From an uncultured delta proteobacterium (GTDB taxonomy: Bacteria; Myxococcota; B64-G9): a stretch of DNA of 64,000 nucleotides. The notes under the pieces are model-generated. The model saw only the letters and a list, made by a program, of their open reading frames with translations. It had not been told where the DNA came from and made no database searches. A program made the position numbers and the translations under genes. Of the stretch, positions 19,940 to 29,796 are shown piece by piece. Position 1 is the stretch's first letter, and every line of letters starts with the position of its first letter. The stretch covers positions 32,001-96,000 of the forward strand of contig CAVWHX010000011.1 in assembly GCA_963754925.1 (NCBI GenBank), given 5' to 3'.

Positions 19940-22167
19940 GGAGCGCTCCTCGAGCCTGCCGCGGTTTGGAGGTCACTATAATGAACCGTCCGGTCCCGGC
20001 CGGTATGTTTCGCATGATACAGCGCCTGATCGGCGCGGTCGATCAATTCCTGCTTGTGGCGGGCACAGCCAGGCAGGGTGCACACCCCCAACGAAACGGT
20101 AATAGCGAACGACGAGCCATCCACCTCGAATTTCTGTCGTTTGATTTCCTCGCGAAAGCGCTCCGCGACGATGCAGCCGCCGTTCCTGTCCGTTTCGGGC
20201 ATAATCACGGTGAACTCTTCACCCCCGTACCGACACACGCGATCGGCCGAGCGGGCAAACTGCCCCAACACCTGCGCCACCCGTTTGAGAACCTGATCGC
20301 CGACCGGGTGTCCGAAGGTGTCGTTGATCTTCTTGAAATAGTCGACATCGGCCAGAATAAGCGAGAGGGGGCGCTGGTAGCGCGCCGCCATGGTCGCCGC
20401 TTCGTCTATCAGTTCCTGGAAACGCCGGTGGTTGTAAAGACCGGTGAGCCCATCGGTCGTGGCCATACGGTTTATCTGTTCGTAGCGCTGGGCGTTTTGA
20501 ATCGAGACGGCGGCCATATTGGAGAACGTGTCGAGTTGGTTGATCGTCTCGGACTTTTGTCGGAAGGCGGCGGCGTTTTTAGAACCGACCACGAGCGCGC
20601 CAATCGCCTGCTTGTCACCCGGATGAGCCTCACGCCCTTCGAGCGAGGCCACCATCAACGGGAAAACCTTCACTGCCTTAAGTCCCTTTACCGGTTGTTT
20701 GTCGAAAAGTTGTAGTTGCTTTTCATTCTGGCCGCTGCTGCGTAGCGGTTGTATCTCACGATGCTTCACCGCCAGGGTGCATAGGTCAGATCCGCCGGTG
20801 ACCATCCTATCTAAGTTTTGTTTGGTCCAATCATGCCACTCTTCCAAAGCATCCACCCCGGCAAGCATCATTCCGCGTTTGCCTTCTTCAACCAAGGTCA
20901 ACGCGGCAAAGTCAATCGGTTCATGGTGGATCTTGCGTACGGACTCAAGCACCGCCCGTTTGACGTCATCGAGGGTGAGCGCCCGGTTGAGGGTATCGCT
21001 CGCCTCGTTGAGCCATTCGAATTCAGTCTTGACCGCTTCCATACCGATATATAACCGTTCCGCCTTGTTGACGCGCAGGATTTCGCGCGCAATGAAGTTG
21101 AGCACGCGTTCGTCGTCATCACCAAAGGGAAGGTCCACGGTACGATCGGCGATCAAAACCCCCCGGGGATATTCCTGTTCCCCCTCCAGAAGCGGAACTC
21201 CCATGAACCGTGTGAAGGCCACCGGTTTGCGATAGTAGGGTGTAAGCTCGGGGTTGTACGTGCGCGCCTGATACGTAACGGTTCCCTTCTTGCTCAATAT
21301 CGACCCAATCAGTCCTTTGCCGGCCGGGATCGGTTCGGTGGTCAGCGCGTCGCTTGAGGGCCGGGCATCGTGTAGTTTCACGGTCTGATCATCCAAGGAA
21401 AGCCAATACAGAGCCACCATATGGGGTCGTAGGGCCGCCTCCGCAACTTCGAGCAGGTTTCCCGCGGTAATCCCCAACTCTTTGAACGAACTGACTTGGA
21501 GATTTTTGCGGCGTTCTTCTATCAATTGAGCGGTGCCGATTTCGCCAGAGCGATGGGCGGCGGCCGTCAGGCGATACTCGTATGCCTCGAGCTCGGCATT
21601 GCGCCGTTCCTGTTCAAGCCAGGCGGTGAGCTCGGCTCGTTTTTTTTTGGTGAAGGCAGACATCAGCACCCGTAGGAGTACCGGAAAGCTGGCTATCGCC
21701 AGTAGGTGTGAAACAAACAGACCGGTAATTGTTTGCGGCCCGGAGGACCATTGAGCCGCCTCAAGAGCGCCGCTGACCAGTACCAACACCAGGCTGTTTC
21801 TCAGTCGTTCATCGAGCGCGCTCGAAGAACACAGGAAAACAAACAGCAGCGGATACAGCGGGCTTTCCATGCCGCCGCTCAAGGAGATCAGGAGGTAGAG
21901 CGCACAGACCGCGAGCAGCTCAAACTGAAGGTAGTCAAGCCAGCGCCGCGGGGTCTTGTGCTGACGCGCGGTAAAAAACGCCCTGATCCGTATGACTCTG
22001 ACCAGCAAGGCCACGCTCAGCACACACGTACACGCTACCGTGAACCCGGTGACGTCACGCAGCAGACCACGCGCGAGTAAAACCGCAAATGTCGCCACCA
22101 CTGCCTCGACCAATACGCGTCGGTCCAGGAACCGCACTACCAAGGCGACCTTCGACCACGGGTTCAT
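19936..22167 (-). CDS. Membrane GAF-GAF-GGDEF diguanylate cyclase
   Basis: TM N-terminus, two GAF-like regions, RSAD I-site, RYGGEEF. Confidence 0.9.
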   Translation of the reverse strand: MNPWSKVALVVRFLDRRVLVEAVVATFAVLLARGLLRDVTGFTVACTCVLSVALLVRVIRIRAFFTARQHKTPRRWLDYLQFELLAVCALYLLISLSGGMESPLYPLLFVFLCSSSALDERLRNSLVLVLVSGALEAAQWSSGPQTITGLFVSHLLAIASFPVLLRVLMSAFTKKKRAELTAWLEQERRNAELEAYEYRLTAAAHRSGEIGTAQLIEERRKNLQVSSFKELGITAGNLLEVAEAALRPHMVALYWLSLDDQTVKLHDARPSSDALTTEPIPAGKGLIGSILSKKGTVTYQARTYNPELTPYYRKPVAFTRFMGVPLLEGEQEYPRGVLIADRTVDLPFGDDDERVLNFIAREILRVNKAERLYIGMEAVKTEFEWLNEASDTLNRALTLDDVKRAVLESVRKIHHEPIDFAALTLVEEGKRGMMLAGVDALEEWHDWTKQNLDRMVTGGSDLCTLAVKHREIQPLRSSGQNEKQLQLFDKQPVKGLKAVKVFPLMVASLEGREAHPGDKQAIGALVVGSKNAAAFRQKSETINQLDTFSNMAAVSIQNAQRYEQINRMATTDGLTGLYNHRRFQELIDEAATMAARYQRPLSLILADVDYFKKINDTFGHPVGDQVLKRVAQVLGQFARSADRVCRYGGEEFTVIMPETDRNGGCIVAERFREEIKRQKFEVDGSSFAITVSLGVCTLPGCARHKQELIDRADQALYHAKHTGRDRTVHYSDLQTAAGSRSAP

Positions 22168-22179
22168 GGGGATCCCGAC

Positions 22180-22500
22180 TCACTTCGCAACGCTCGACCC
22201 ATCCGCATCACGGTGAGGAAGGTTGTCGAGCTGCAGGATCAACTCATCCTTTCTCACGAGGCCCAATTCATCGCGGGCGAGCTTTTCGAGATAGTCTTGA
22301 CGCCGATTGAGCGCCTCGACCTCTTGGGAAAGACGGTGATTTTCCTCCTTAAAATGTTGATTTTCTTCCAGCGTCTTCTCTAACTCTCGTTGCAGCTGAA
22401 CCTGCTTGCCGCTGCCCCCCGAATGGATCACGGCGTAGATGAGAAAACCCACCGCCACAGCCAGGCAACAAAAATACACGATTTTCGTTCGTCTTCCCAA
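22180..22500 (-). CDS. ftsB: Septum formation initiator FtsB/DivIC
   Basis: TM helix, coiled coil, EKLARDELGLV. Confidence 0.85.
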   Translation of the reverse strand: MGRRTKIVYFCCLAVAVGFLIYAVIHSGGSGKQVQLQRELEKTLEENQHFKEENHRLSQEVEALNRRQDYLEKLARDELGLVRKDELILQLDNLPHRDADGSSVAK

Positions 22501-22557
22501 AGTGCTCTATCCCTCGGTAAACGCGATCCCTTTTTTTCGCTCCGTAACGATTTCTCA

Positions 22558-22660
22558 TCCCCTTCGGGGATAAGAGGCTGTCCAGAGGATAAGAGCTTGT
22601 AAACCTCACTTCGTTCGTCAACAAGCTCTGATAACTCACTTCGGTCGTAACAGCCTCTTA
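22558..22660 (+). repeat. Two-hairpin repeat family, copy B with a nested second copy (22581-22631)
   Basis: Outer arms GAGGCTGT/ACAGCCTC enclose inner arms GAGCTTGT/ACAAGCTC. Confidence 0.85.
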
Positions 22661-23107
22661 CTTCTCTTCGGTAGCGATGGCCAATCTCTTGAGACCGGCC
22701 TGGGACACCATGTCCATCACCTCGACCACTCGTCCGTGATTGATGGCAAGATCGGCTTGGATGATCACCAAGGTATCGGGAGAAAGCTTCTTCACTTCCG
22801 CAAGCTTAGACATAAAATAGTCTTCGGATAAGGCCTCTCCATCGACCACGATACGGCCGTCCTTTAATATAGCCACAACCAAATGATTATCGTGGGAAGT
22901 TAAATCGGCCGTTTTCGCCTGCGGCAACTGAACATTGAAACCACCCTCATCGGCAGATCCCGCTTTCGCTCCGGCGGCGCCATTTTGCTGCATGATGAGC
23001 GGGGTGGTTATCATGAAAATGATCAGCAACACCAAAACGACGTCGGTAAAGGGGGTGATGTTGATCTCGGACGTCACCCGCCCGCGTTTTACTCGTTGCT
23101 TGAGCAT
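22658..23107 (-). CDS. ExbD/TolR biopolymer transport protein
   Basis: INITPFTDVVLVLLIIFM, AD, VMD. Confidence 0.92.
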   Translation of the reverse strand: MLKQRVKRGRVTSEINITPFTDVVLVLLIIFMITTPLIMQQNGAAGAKAGSADEGGFNVQLPQAKTADLTSHDNHLVVAILKDGRIVVDGEALSEDYFMSKLAEVKKLSPDTLVIIQADLAINHGRVVEVMDMVSQAGLKRLAIATEEK

Positions 23108-23736
23108 TTGGTTTTGTCCTCGGCGATCATGAGATCGTTGAGCTCGGACGAGCAATATTCCATGTCAACCACAAAACCGTCCACACGTCTCACGAAGTAG
23201 TTGTAAACAACGACGGCCGGTACGGCCACCAAGAGACCGGTGGCGGTGCAGATCAGGGCTTCGGCGACCCCGGCCATGACTGCTCCCAACCCGCCGGTGG
23301 CCTCGGAAGCGATATTGTGGAACGCGTTCACGATGCCCAGCACGGTGCCGAAAAGCCCAATGTAGACAGCCACGTTACCAATTACCCCGACGATGCTGGT
23401 GTACCGTTCGAGCCTGACCGTCTCGACGAGGATTTCCCGTTCCATTGCGGCCATGACGTCTTTTCCCTCGCGGCCGTGCTGCTTCAGTCCCGCGCACACA
23501 ACGCTGGTTATCGGTTTTGCCTCCATCTCACAGATCTTGATGGCAACATCGTAAGCACACTTTTTTATTTCCGCGCGAATGCGGTCCATGAACTCAACTC
23601 GATCAATAGTTCTCGTCATGAAGTGGTAGAGGCGCTCGAGAAAGATAGCCATCCACACTACCGAAAGGGAAAGAAGTATGTACATGGTGAACCCGCCCAT
23701 GTTGATGATTTGAAAAACGGTCTTTCCTTCAAACAT
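23089..23736 (-). CDS. ExbB/TolQ/MotA proton channel
   Basis: GLFGTVLGI, AEALICTATGL. Confidence 0.92.
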   Translation of the reverse strand: MFEGKTVFQIINMGGFTMYILLSLSVVWMAIFLERLYHFMTRTIDRVEFMDRIRAEIKKCAYDVAIKICEMEAKPITSVVCAGLKQHGREGKDVMAAMEREILVETVRLERYTSIVGVIGNVAVYIGLFGTVLGIVNAFHNIASEATGGLGAVMAGVAEALICTATGLLVAVPAVVVYNYFVRRVDGFVVDMEYCSSELNDLMIAEDKTKCSSNE

Positions 23737-23777
23737 TTTTGTCGCACCTCCTCAGGAGCAAGAAACCACCACCGCCA

Positions 23778-24329
23778 TTAAGCCACCCACAACCCGCGCG
23801 GTCCCATGCGTAACACCACCCGCAGGAGCGCGCTGAGGCTCTTGGAATCGCAGAGTTCCCCCTGCAACGCCATTTCAAGCACTTCCCGAAACGGTACCCG
23901 CAAAATCTCGATCAGCTCATCAGGCTCCTGGGATTTCGGAACCGCGGTGAGGTCGCTCGCCACAAAAAGATGGATGCGCTCGTCAGAAAAACCAGGTACG
24001 GTCCAGATACTGCCGAGCGACTCGAGCTTGCCCGCTCGCTGCCCAATCTCCTCGGCCAACTCGCGCTCAGCGCACTGCTGTGGACTCTCGCCGGACATGA
24101 GCTTTCCAGCCGGAATCTCGTAGATCCACCCTCCGGTCGCCCAGCGGTACTGGCGAATGAGTAAGATCTCATGTTCGTTGATAAAGGGCACCACCGCCGA
24201 CGCTCCGGGATGCCTGACCATCTCCAACTCAATCTCGGTGCCGCCAGGGAGGCAAACCCGCTCGAGGGTGAATTCCAGTTCATTTTTATAAAGCTGCTGC
24301 TTTTCCAAAAGTCTGCCTTCCCCTAGCAT
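23778..24329 (-). CDS. NUDIX hydrolase (ADP-ribose pyrophosphatase-like)
   Basis: PAG...AERELAEEIG Nudix box. Confidence 0.9.
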   Translation of the reverse strand: MLGEGRLLEKQQLYKNELEFTLERVCLPGGTEIELEMVRHPGASAVVPFINEHEILLIRQYRWATGGWIYEIPAGKLMSGESPQQCAERELAEEIGQRAGKLESLGSIWTVPGFSDERIHLFVASDLTAVPKSQEPDELIEILRVPFREVLEMALQGELCDSKSLSALLRVVLRMGPRGLWVA

Positions 24330-24654
24330 GCATGCCCTCCCCCTGGTTGTAACACTTCGGTCGATCGTTTTATTGCCTGAAACTGCAACAAATTAATCAT
24401 GTCGTTGCTTGAGGATACTAATTGTTGGTAGGTGAAAAAGTCTTTTCTCACCGAACGGTCCGTCGCCTTGGGTTTCTTGATTGCATGATAGAGCCGTTCA
24501 TGATTAGCCTTAACGGCGACCGAACAGACGTCATCGAAATCGGAGGATGGTAGGCGATGAAAACAATTCCACGAAGTCACTCCTTAATCGTACCCGTAGT
24601 GTGTGACTCTTTTTCTCATTATTGTCAATCGTTCCGATACCAAGGGTATTGCTC

Positions 24655-25647
24655 ATGACGACACTTCTGACCGTAGTCACCGGCTCGGCTGGCCACGTTG
24701 GTGGCAACTTGGTTCGCGCGTTGCTTGCCGAAGGAAGAAAGGTTCGGGCAGTAATCCGCAATGATACCCGGGCGATCGCCGGGTTGCCGCTTGAGACGGT
24801 CAAAGCAGATGTGCTCGATCCGATGTCGCTCGAGCATGCATTCAACGGCGCCGACGTGGTCTACCATCTGGCCGCCCAGATCTCAATCGCTGGCGACCGG
24901 GACGGTTCGGTGCAGGCAGTCAACGGTACCGGCGCGCGCAACGTGGTGCAGGCCGCTAAAAAGTGCCGTGTTCGGCGGTTGGTTCACTTTTCTTCTATTC
25001 ACGCGTTTTGCCAACATCCCCATGATCAACCGCTCTGCGAGGAGCGTCCGCATGTCAGCGGTACGCGTTGCTTAGCGTACGACCACAGCAAGGCCCTTGG
25101 CGAATCCGCCGTTCGGGAGGCTTGCGGCCAGGGACTCGATGCGGTGATGGTAAACCCGACCTCAATCATCGGACCGTACGACTACAAACCCTCCCCTATG
25201 GGTTCGGCCCTGTTGATGTTTTTCAATCGAAAAATGCCGGCGTTGGTCAACGGTGGGTTCGACTGGGTGGATGTCCGCGATGTAGTCAGGGGGGCTATGC
25301 AGGCAGAGAAGCTTGGTCGGACGGGGGAACGCTACCTCCTCTCAGGTCATTGGCTCAGTTTTTCTGAGTTAGCCGGCATTATTGAGAAAGTGTGCGGAAT
25401 AAAGAGACCGCATCTCATAATCCCGCTTTGGTTGGCGGCTTATGGCGCACCCTTCGGGGAGTTATATGCGCGACTGCTCAAACATCGTCCGTTGTTTACC
25501 CGAGAATCGATCCAGATCCTCAAGGACAGCAACCGGTTCATTAGCCACGCCAAGGCGACAGCCGAATTTGGATATCAACCCCGCCCCGTGAGCGAGACTA
25601 TCGCAGATACTTTTGATTGGTTCAAGAAACACAATAGGATCAGGTGA
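24655..25647 (+). CDS. NAD-dependent epimerase/dehydratase (dihydroflavonol reductase/HpnA-like)
   Basis: TGSAGHVG, YDHSK, VDVRDV. Confidence 0.9.
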   Translation: MTTLLTVVTGSAGHVGGNLVRALLAEGRKVRAVIRNDTRAIAGLPLETVKADVLDPMSLEHAFNGADVVYHLAAQISIAGDRDGSVQAVNGTGARNVVQAAKKCRVRRLVHFSSIHAFCQHPHDQPLCEERPHVSGTRCLAYDHSKALGESAVREACGQGLDAVMVNPTSIIGPYDYKPSPMGSALLMFFNRKMPALVNGGFDWVDVRDVVRGAMQAEKLGRTGERYLLSGHWLSFSELAGIIEKVCGIKRPHLIIPLWLAAYGAPFGELYARLLKHRPLFTRESIQILKDSNRFISHAKATAEFGYQPRPVSETIADTFDWFKKHNRIR

Positions 25648-25783
25648 TACTACCAAGCAGTGCCTGAAAAAGTATCAGAGGAGACTCAAAGCGCCATCAT
25701 CTCGGTCGTTTGGGAGAAAGATGCTGGGCACCTGGGCTTGACGACTAAGGCTGAAATGTATAGTATTGAGTCGAGGTGCAGTC

Positions 25784-26581
25784 ATGAAACCTTTTGTTAA
25801 AATTGTAGTTTTTTTTGCGGCATTGACGCTAGCAGCGGGTATTGCACGGTCGAGCGCCTACGGTCAAACAGCCACCCTGAAGGTGGCTGCTGCCAGTGAA
25901 TCCGATCCACAACCGGTGCAACCGTCCTCTCCCACACCGACGAATGCGCCTCCACCGCCACCAACAGAAGCTCCTGTTCCACCGTCCAACGATACGCAAG
26001 CCTCGACCCAAGAAGTTGCTCCAACGGGGCAATGGGTTTACACGGATCAATACGGCTGGATCTGGATGCCTTACGGGGACGCATACAGCTATGTGCCTCC
26101 GAGCGGAGACCTTCCGGACATGTACGTTTACTATCCGACCGCCGGTTGGTGCTGGGTAGTTGCGCCCTGGTTATGGGGTTTCGGACCAATGCCGTTCTTC
26201 GGCATATATGGTCCGTGGTACTTCGGTTGGTATGGCCATGGGTATGGTCACTGGTATGGCTTTGAAAACCATCATGGCTACGCTGGATGGAACGGACGCG
26301 GCTACTGGCAGGGTGGGCGCTGGCATGGTCACAACCAGGTCTCACCCGGTTACCGAATGTCATCGCATGGTTCATACGGCATGCCTCACCGATCGGGGTA
26401 CCGGGCGCCTGCAACACATAGTTTTGGTTCGCCTCATAGTTTTTCATCACCTCGAAGTTTTTCATCCTCCCATGGTTTTGCCACTACGTCCCGAGGCGGA
26501 TTCGCGGGAAGAGGTGGGTTCTCTGGTGGAGGCGGGTTCGCAGGCAGAGGCGGTTTCGGCGGCCACGGTGGACATCGGTAA
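25784..26581 (+). CDS. Secreted Pro-rich, Trp/Tyr/Gly-rich protein with RGG tail
   Basis: Signal peptide, GQWVYT-QYGW-WMPY, low-complexity GFAGRGG tail. Confidence 0.75.
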   Translation: MKPFVKIVVFFAALTLAAGIARSSAYGQTATLKVAAASESDPQPVQPSSPTPTNAPPPPPTEAPVPPSNDTQASTQEVAPTGQWVYTDQYGWIWMPYGDAYSYVPPSGDLPDMYVYYPTAGWCWVVAPWLWGFGPMPFFGIYGPWYFGWYGHGYGHWYGFENHHGYAGWNGRGYWQGGRWHGHNQVSPGYRMSSHGSYGMPHRSGYRAPATHSFGSPHSFSSPRSFSSSHGFATTSRGGFAGRGGFSGGGGFAGRGGFGGHGGHR

Positions 26582-26687
26582 TAAACTTCCGCGCCAAACC
26601 TCTTAATTGGGCAAACGGAAGAAGTCTAATACCGGATAGGTACAGATGTATTCTGTCGGTGAGTTTTTGGAAAATAAACTCGGCAGC

Positions 26688-27347
26688 TCATTCATAACTC
26701 ACCCGTGACCTTGGCTGCTCCCCTTTCGGACAAATCCAAACGCACCGCAAACACCATGGCAGGAGGCCTTCCGGACCGCGCGGCTCATATTCTCCTTTGG
26801 CCTTTCGGTACGATCGGCATTGGAGTCCTTGAAACTCGTTTTCCGAGATCGCGCTGGCAGGACACTCGTATATGCACAGATCGCACTCGTCGCAGAATTG
26901 CTCGCCCGACATCTCCGGCCGCAGATCCACCGCGGCGGTTGTCCCGATAACCCTGAGATGAACCCACGGACCCCAGACCGGGTGAAACAAGAACGTATTG
27001 GTCCCGATCTTGCCAAGCCCCGCAGCTTCAGCGACGAGACGGAATTGCAGGCCGCTCCCGGGATACGTCACCAGCACGGCGCGGTAACCCTTTTGAACCA
27101 ACTGGTCCCTGATCGCCTCGCAGAGACTCCTCAGATGATCATCCGCAGCACAGTGCTCTTCACATCCGCCGGTTGAATACCAGGTCCACTCTTCCTCCGT
27201 TACCACATGATGCGCCAGCACAACGGCAGTAACGGCATCCGGCATGAACGAGGCAAAGAACCACCGTTCGCGCTCGGCCAGCGCTTGGACCGGAACCGCC
27301 GCCAAGTTGCAACACGATGGGAGAGTAGGAAAGAGGCTAGTATTCAT
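26688..27347 (-). CDS. Epoxyqueuosine reductase-like 4Fe-4S protein
   Basis: AGLGKIG, GPWVHL, CDECDLCIYECP, CLRCVWICP. Confidence 0.75.
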   Translation of the reverse strand: MNTSLFPTLPSCCNLAAVPVQALAERERWFFASFMPDAVTAVVLAHHVVTEEEWTWYSTGGCEEHCAADDHLRSLCEAIRDQLVQKGYRAVLVTYPGSGLQFRLVAEAAGLGKIGTNTFLFHPVWGPWVHLRVIGTTAAVDLRPEMSGEQFCDECDLCIYECPASAISENEFQGLQCRSYRKAKGEYEPRGPEGLLPWCLRCVWICPKGEQPRSRVSYE

Positions 27348-27812
27348 TTCGCCTCGTCAACCATCTGGATAGTCATTTCCTCTAGACCCCGAAGCCATTG
27401 CGTTTGACCGCTGATTCAAGGTCCGCCGATGCTTGGTCGAATGTTTTGTTTGTTTCAACTAGGTAATACATGAATCACCTTGATCCTAGTGGCCACCCCT
27501 ATTTTACTGGGTATCATCCAATTCAGATAGGTTACAAGATAATTGGATGGCATCTTGGAGAGAATCTTCTGACTTTCGTAGAACCTGACAAGAATGTGGT
27601 TTGCAGAAAGGCGAAAAAACTAGTTGAAAAAAATGTTAAGAGATTATTTATTGTCGCTACATAGGTTTCTCAGAACACACGTGGGCAAAAATCGATGGAT
27701 CGCATGGAAAAATACGATCTGTCGTTGCAAGGTGTGCTGAGGGAATAGCAAAGATTGTGGAGATATACAGAAACTATAGAATCACTTGTTGGGCCGTAAG
27801 AGGCTTGCCAAA

Positions 27813-28388
27813 ATGACGAACTGGCGAGATTTGGACTCACAAATGCAGCAATGGGTTGTCCGGCTACAGGAGGATGTCTGTCTTACGCTGGAGCAGTCCC
27901 GTCACCCTGTTTCCACAATCGCCGAAGAGGTTTCTAGGGCCCCGGCCGACGTGAGAGGTGGCATCACGGACGGTTCGCCTATCCCGTTGAGCGCACGTCG
28001 CGATGAACTCCTTGCATTCGACCAGTGGTTGATGGCCTCGGAGAAAGTGTACGACCCATCAGTAGGCCGCGCCCGGGTGATCACGCAGAGCTACGTATGC
28101 TTCGTCTATCTGCGCGATCATTGGTTCTACGGGCTTAAGAAGGCATTTCCATCTGACACGGTCGTCGCCCGATGCTGTACTTATCTTGTTTCAGGAGAGC
28201 TTCGTGCGTTTCGGAATGCCTTTGCGCACGGGTCTTGGTGCTATTCTCCGGACCATAGCGCGATCGACTACTGGGACAGAGACGGCATCCATCGGTCAGC
28301 CAACGAACAAGAGCTTGGTTTCTGGCAGGCCCTCAGTCGAGTAGTCGCCTATGCTACGATCCAGACGTTTCTCGATGCCGGGGCCTAA
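27813..28388 (+). CDS. Cassette protein with HEPN-like Rx4H motif
   Basis: LRAFRNAFAHG; stop lies inside the attC inverse core. Confidence 0.65.
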   Translation: MTNWRDLDSQMQQWVVRLQEDVCLTLEQSRHPVSTIAEEVSRAPADVRGGITDGSPIPLSARRDELLAFDQWLMASEKVYDPSVGRARVITQSYVCFVYLRDHWFYGLKKAFPSDTVVARCCTYLVSGELRAFRNAFAHGSWCYSPDHSAIDYWDRDGIHRSANEQELGFWQALSRVVAYATIQTFLDAGA

Positions 28389-28450
28389 CAAGCGGTTCGA
28401 CCGGCTTGGTTCCGCTTCGCGGCCCCGACCGGTCAACGGCAGCGTTGCAC
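28383..28450 (+). other. attC site
   Basis: GCCTAAC-aagcggttcgaccgg...ccggtcaacggcagc-GTTGCAC imperfect palindrome. Confidence 0.88.
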
Positions 28451-28475
28451 TAATACAAAGGACAAAGGAGCAAAA

Positions 28476-29702
28476 ATGAAGAACAAACTCAAACTTTTTC
28501 AACGTATTGTGGTCGTTGCACTTATATTAAGCTCTTGCCTCGTAATTGCAGAAACAGACAGTGATATTCAAACATTAGTGAAGGGCAATAACGATTTTGG
28601 CTTTAATCTATATCAGAAACTCAAAGATCAAAAAGGTAACTTATTCTTCTCCCCCTACAGTATTTCTACTGTACTTGCAATGACTTACGCTGGCGCGAGA
28701 GGCCAAACAGCCAAACAAATGGCAGAAGTATTACATTTTACTTTGAATCAGGAGTCATTGCATTCATCGTTTTCAAAGCTCCAATCAGAACTAAATACTA
28801 TCCAAAATAAAGGACATATCGAACTCAGCATAGCCAATTCATTATGGGCAGAAGAGAGTTATCATTTCCTGTCTTCTTTCATTGACTTAAATAAAAAATA
28901 TTATGGTGCTAGCTTGGATTTCGTTGATTTTGTGAAACAACGCGAGGCTGCTCGACAGAAGATAAATAGCTGGGTGGAAGATAGAACTCAAAAGAAAATC
29001 ACAAAAATGATTAGTAAGGACGTGCTCGATGCTTATACAGTATTAGTTCTTTGCAATGCGATCTATTTCAAGGGAAACTGGTCGAACCAATTTGATAAAA
29101 CAATGACAAAAGATACTGATTTTTATATCGCCCCTGATAAAACAATAAAGGTTTCCATGATGAACAAAGAATCAAAATTTAAGTATAAGTATGATAACTT
29201 CAATGAATTTAGCGCTATAGAATTACCTTATGAAGGAAAAGACTTATCTATGGTTATCTTTCTGCCCAACAAGGTTGATGGTTTAGCAAATCTTGAAAAA
29301 GTCCTTACAAATGAAAATGTCTCACGTTGGATAGATGAACTCTCCACTGCATATGAATCAGAAATAATTGTAAGTTTGCCAAAATTTAAAACTACAACTG
29401 CGTTTGAATTAAAAGACATCCTTCGTAAAATGGGTATGCCTGATTCATTTGCATTTCACAAGGCAGACTTTTCAGGAATTACGGGCAAAAAGGATCTTTA
29501 CATAAGCAACGTTATTCATAAAGCTTACGTAGATGTTGATGAAGAAGGGACAGAAGCTGCTGCCGCGACGGGAGTTGTCATGAAGGCTCTTTCTATACCT
29601 CCAACCTTTCGAGCGGATCATCCTTTTGTGTTTCTAATTCGTGACATCAAAACGGGGAGTATTTTATTTATTGGCAGAATTGCCGATCCAAGAACAGAAT
29701 AA
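28476..29702 (+). CDS. Secreted serpin (cassette)
   Basis: NLFFSPYSI, NAIYFKGNW, EEGTEAAAAT hinge, FRADHPF; AT-rich. Confidence 0.95.
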   Translation: MKNKLKLFQRIVVVALILSSCLVIAETDSDIQTLVKGNNDFGFNLYQKLKDQKGNLFFSPYSISTVLAMTYAGARGQTAKQMAEVLHFTLNQESLHSSFSKLQSELNTIQNKGHIELSIANSLWAEESYHFLSSFIDLNKKYYGASLDFVDFVKQREAARQKINSWVEDRTQKKITKMISKDVLDAYTVLVLCNAIYFKGNWSNQFDKTMTKDTDFYIAPDKTIKVSMMNKESKFKYKYDNFNEFSAIELPYEGKDLSMVIFLPNKVDGLANLEKVLTNENVSRWIDELSTAYESEIIVSLPKFKTTTAFELKDILRKMGMPDSFAFHKADFSGITGKKDLYISNVIHKAYVDVDEEGTEAAAATGVVMKALSIPPTFRADHPFVFLIRDIKTGSILFIGRIADPRTE

Positions 29703-29709
29703 AATAATC

Positions 29710-29780
29710 GTACAACAAGTCAATCCAGCGGACTGCGCCAGCGCTTTGCGCTGCCCCATCCGCTGATTTCTTTGTTATGC
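29710..29780 (+). other. attC site
   Basis: GTACAAC-aagtcaatccagcgga...tccgctgatttcttt-GTTATGC. Confidence 0.9.
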
Positions 29781-29796
29781 CACGTAGGGAGTCGAA

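Noticed and set aside
27470..27747. Short ORF upstream of cassette array 1 as a gene or intI remnant
   Set aside because: Interrupted by stops, overlaps the AT-rich boundary motif, and no integrase-like sequence was found in the frames I translated
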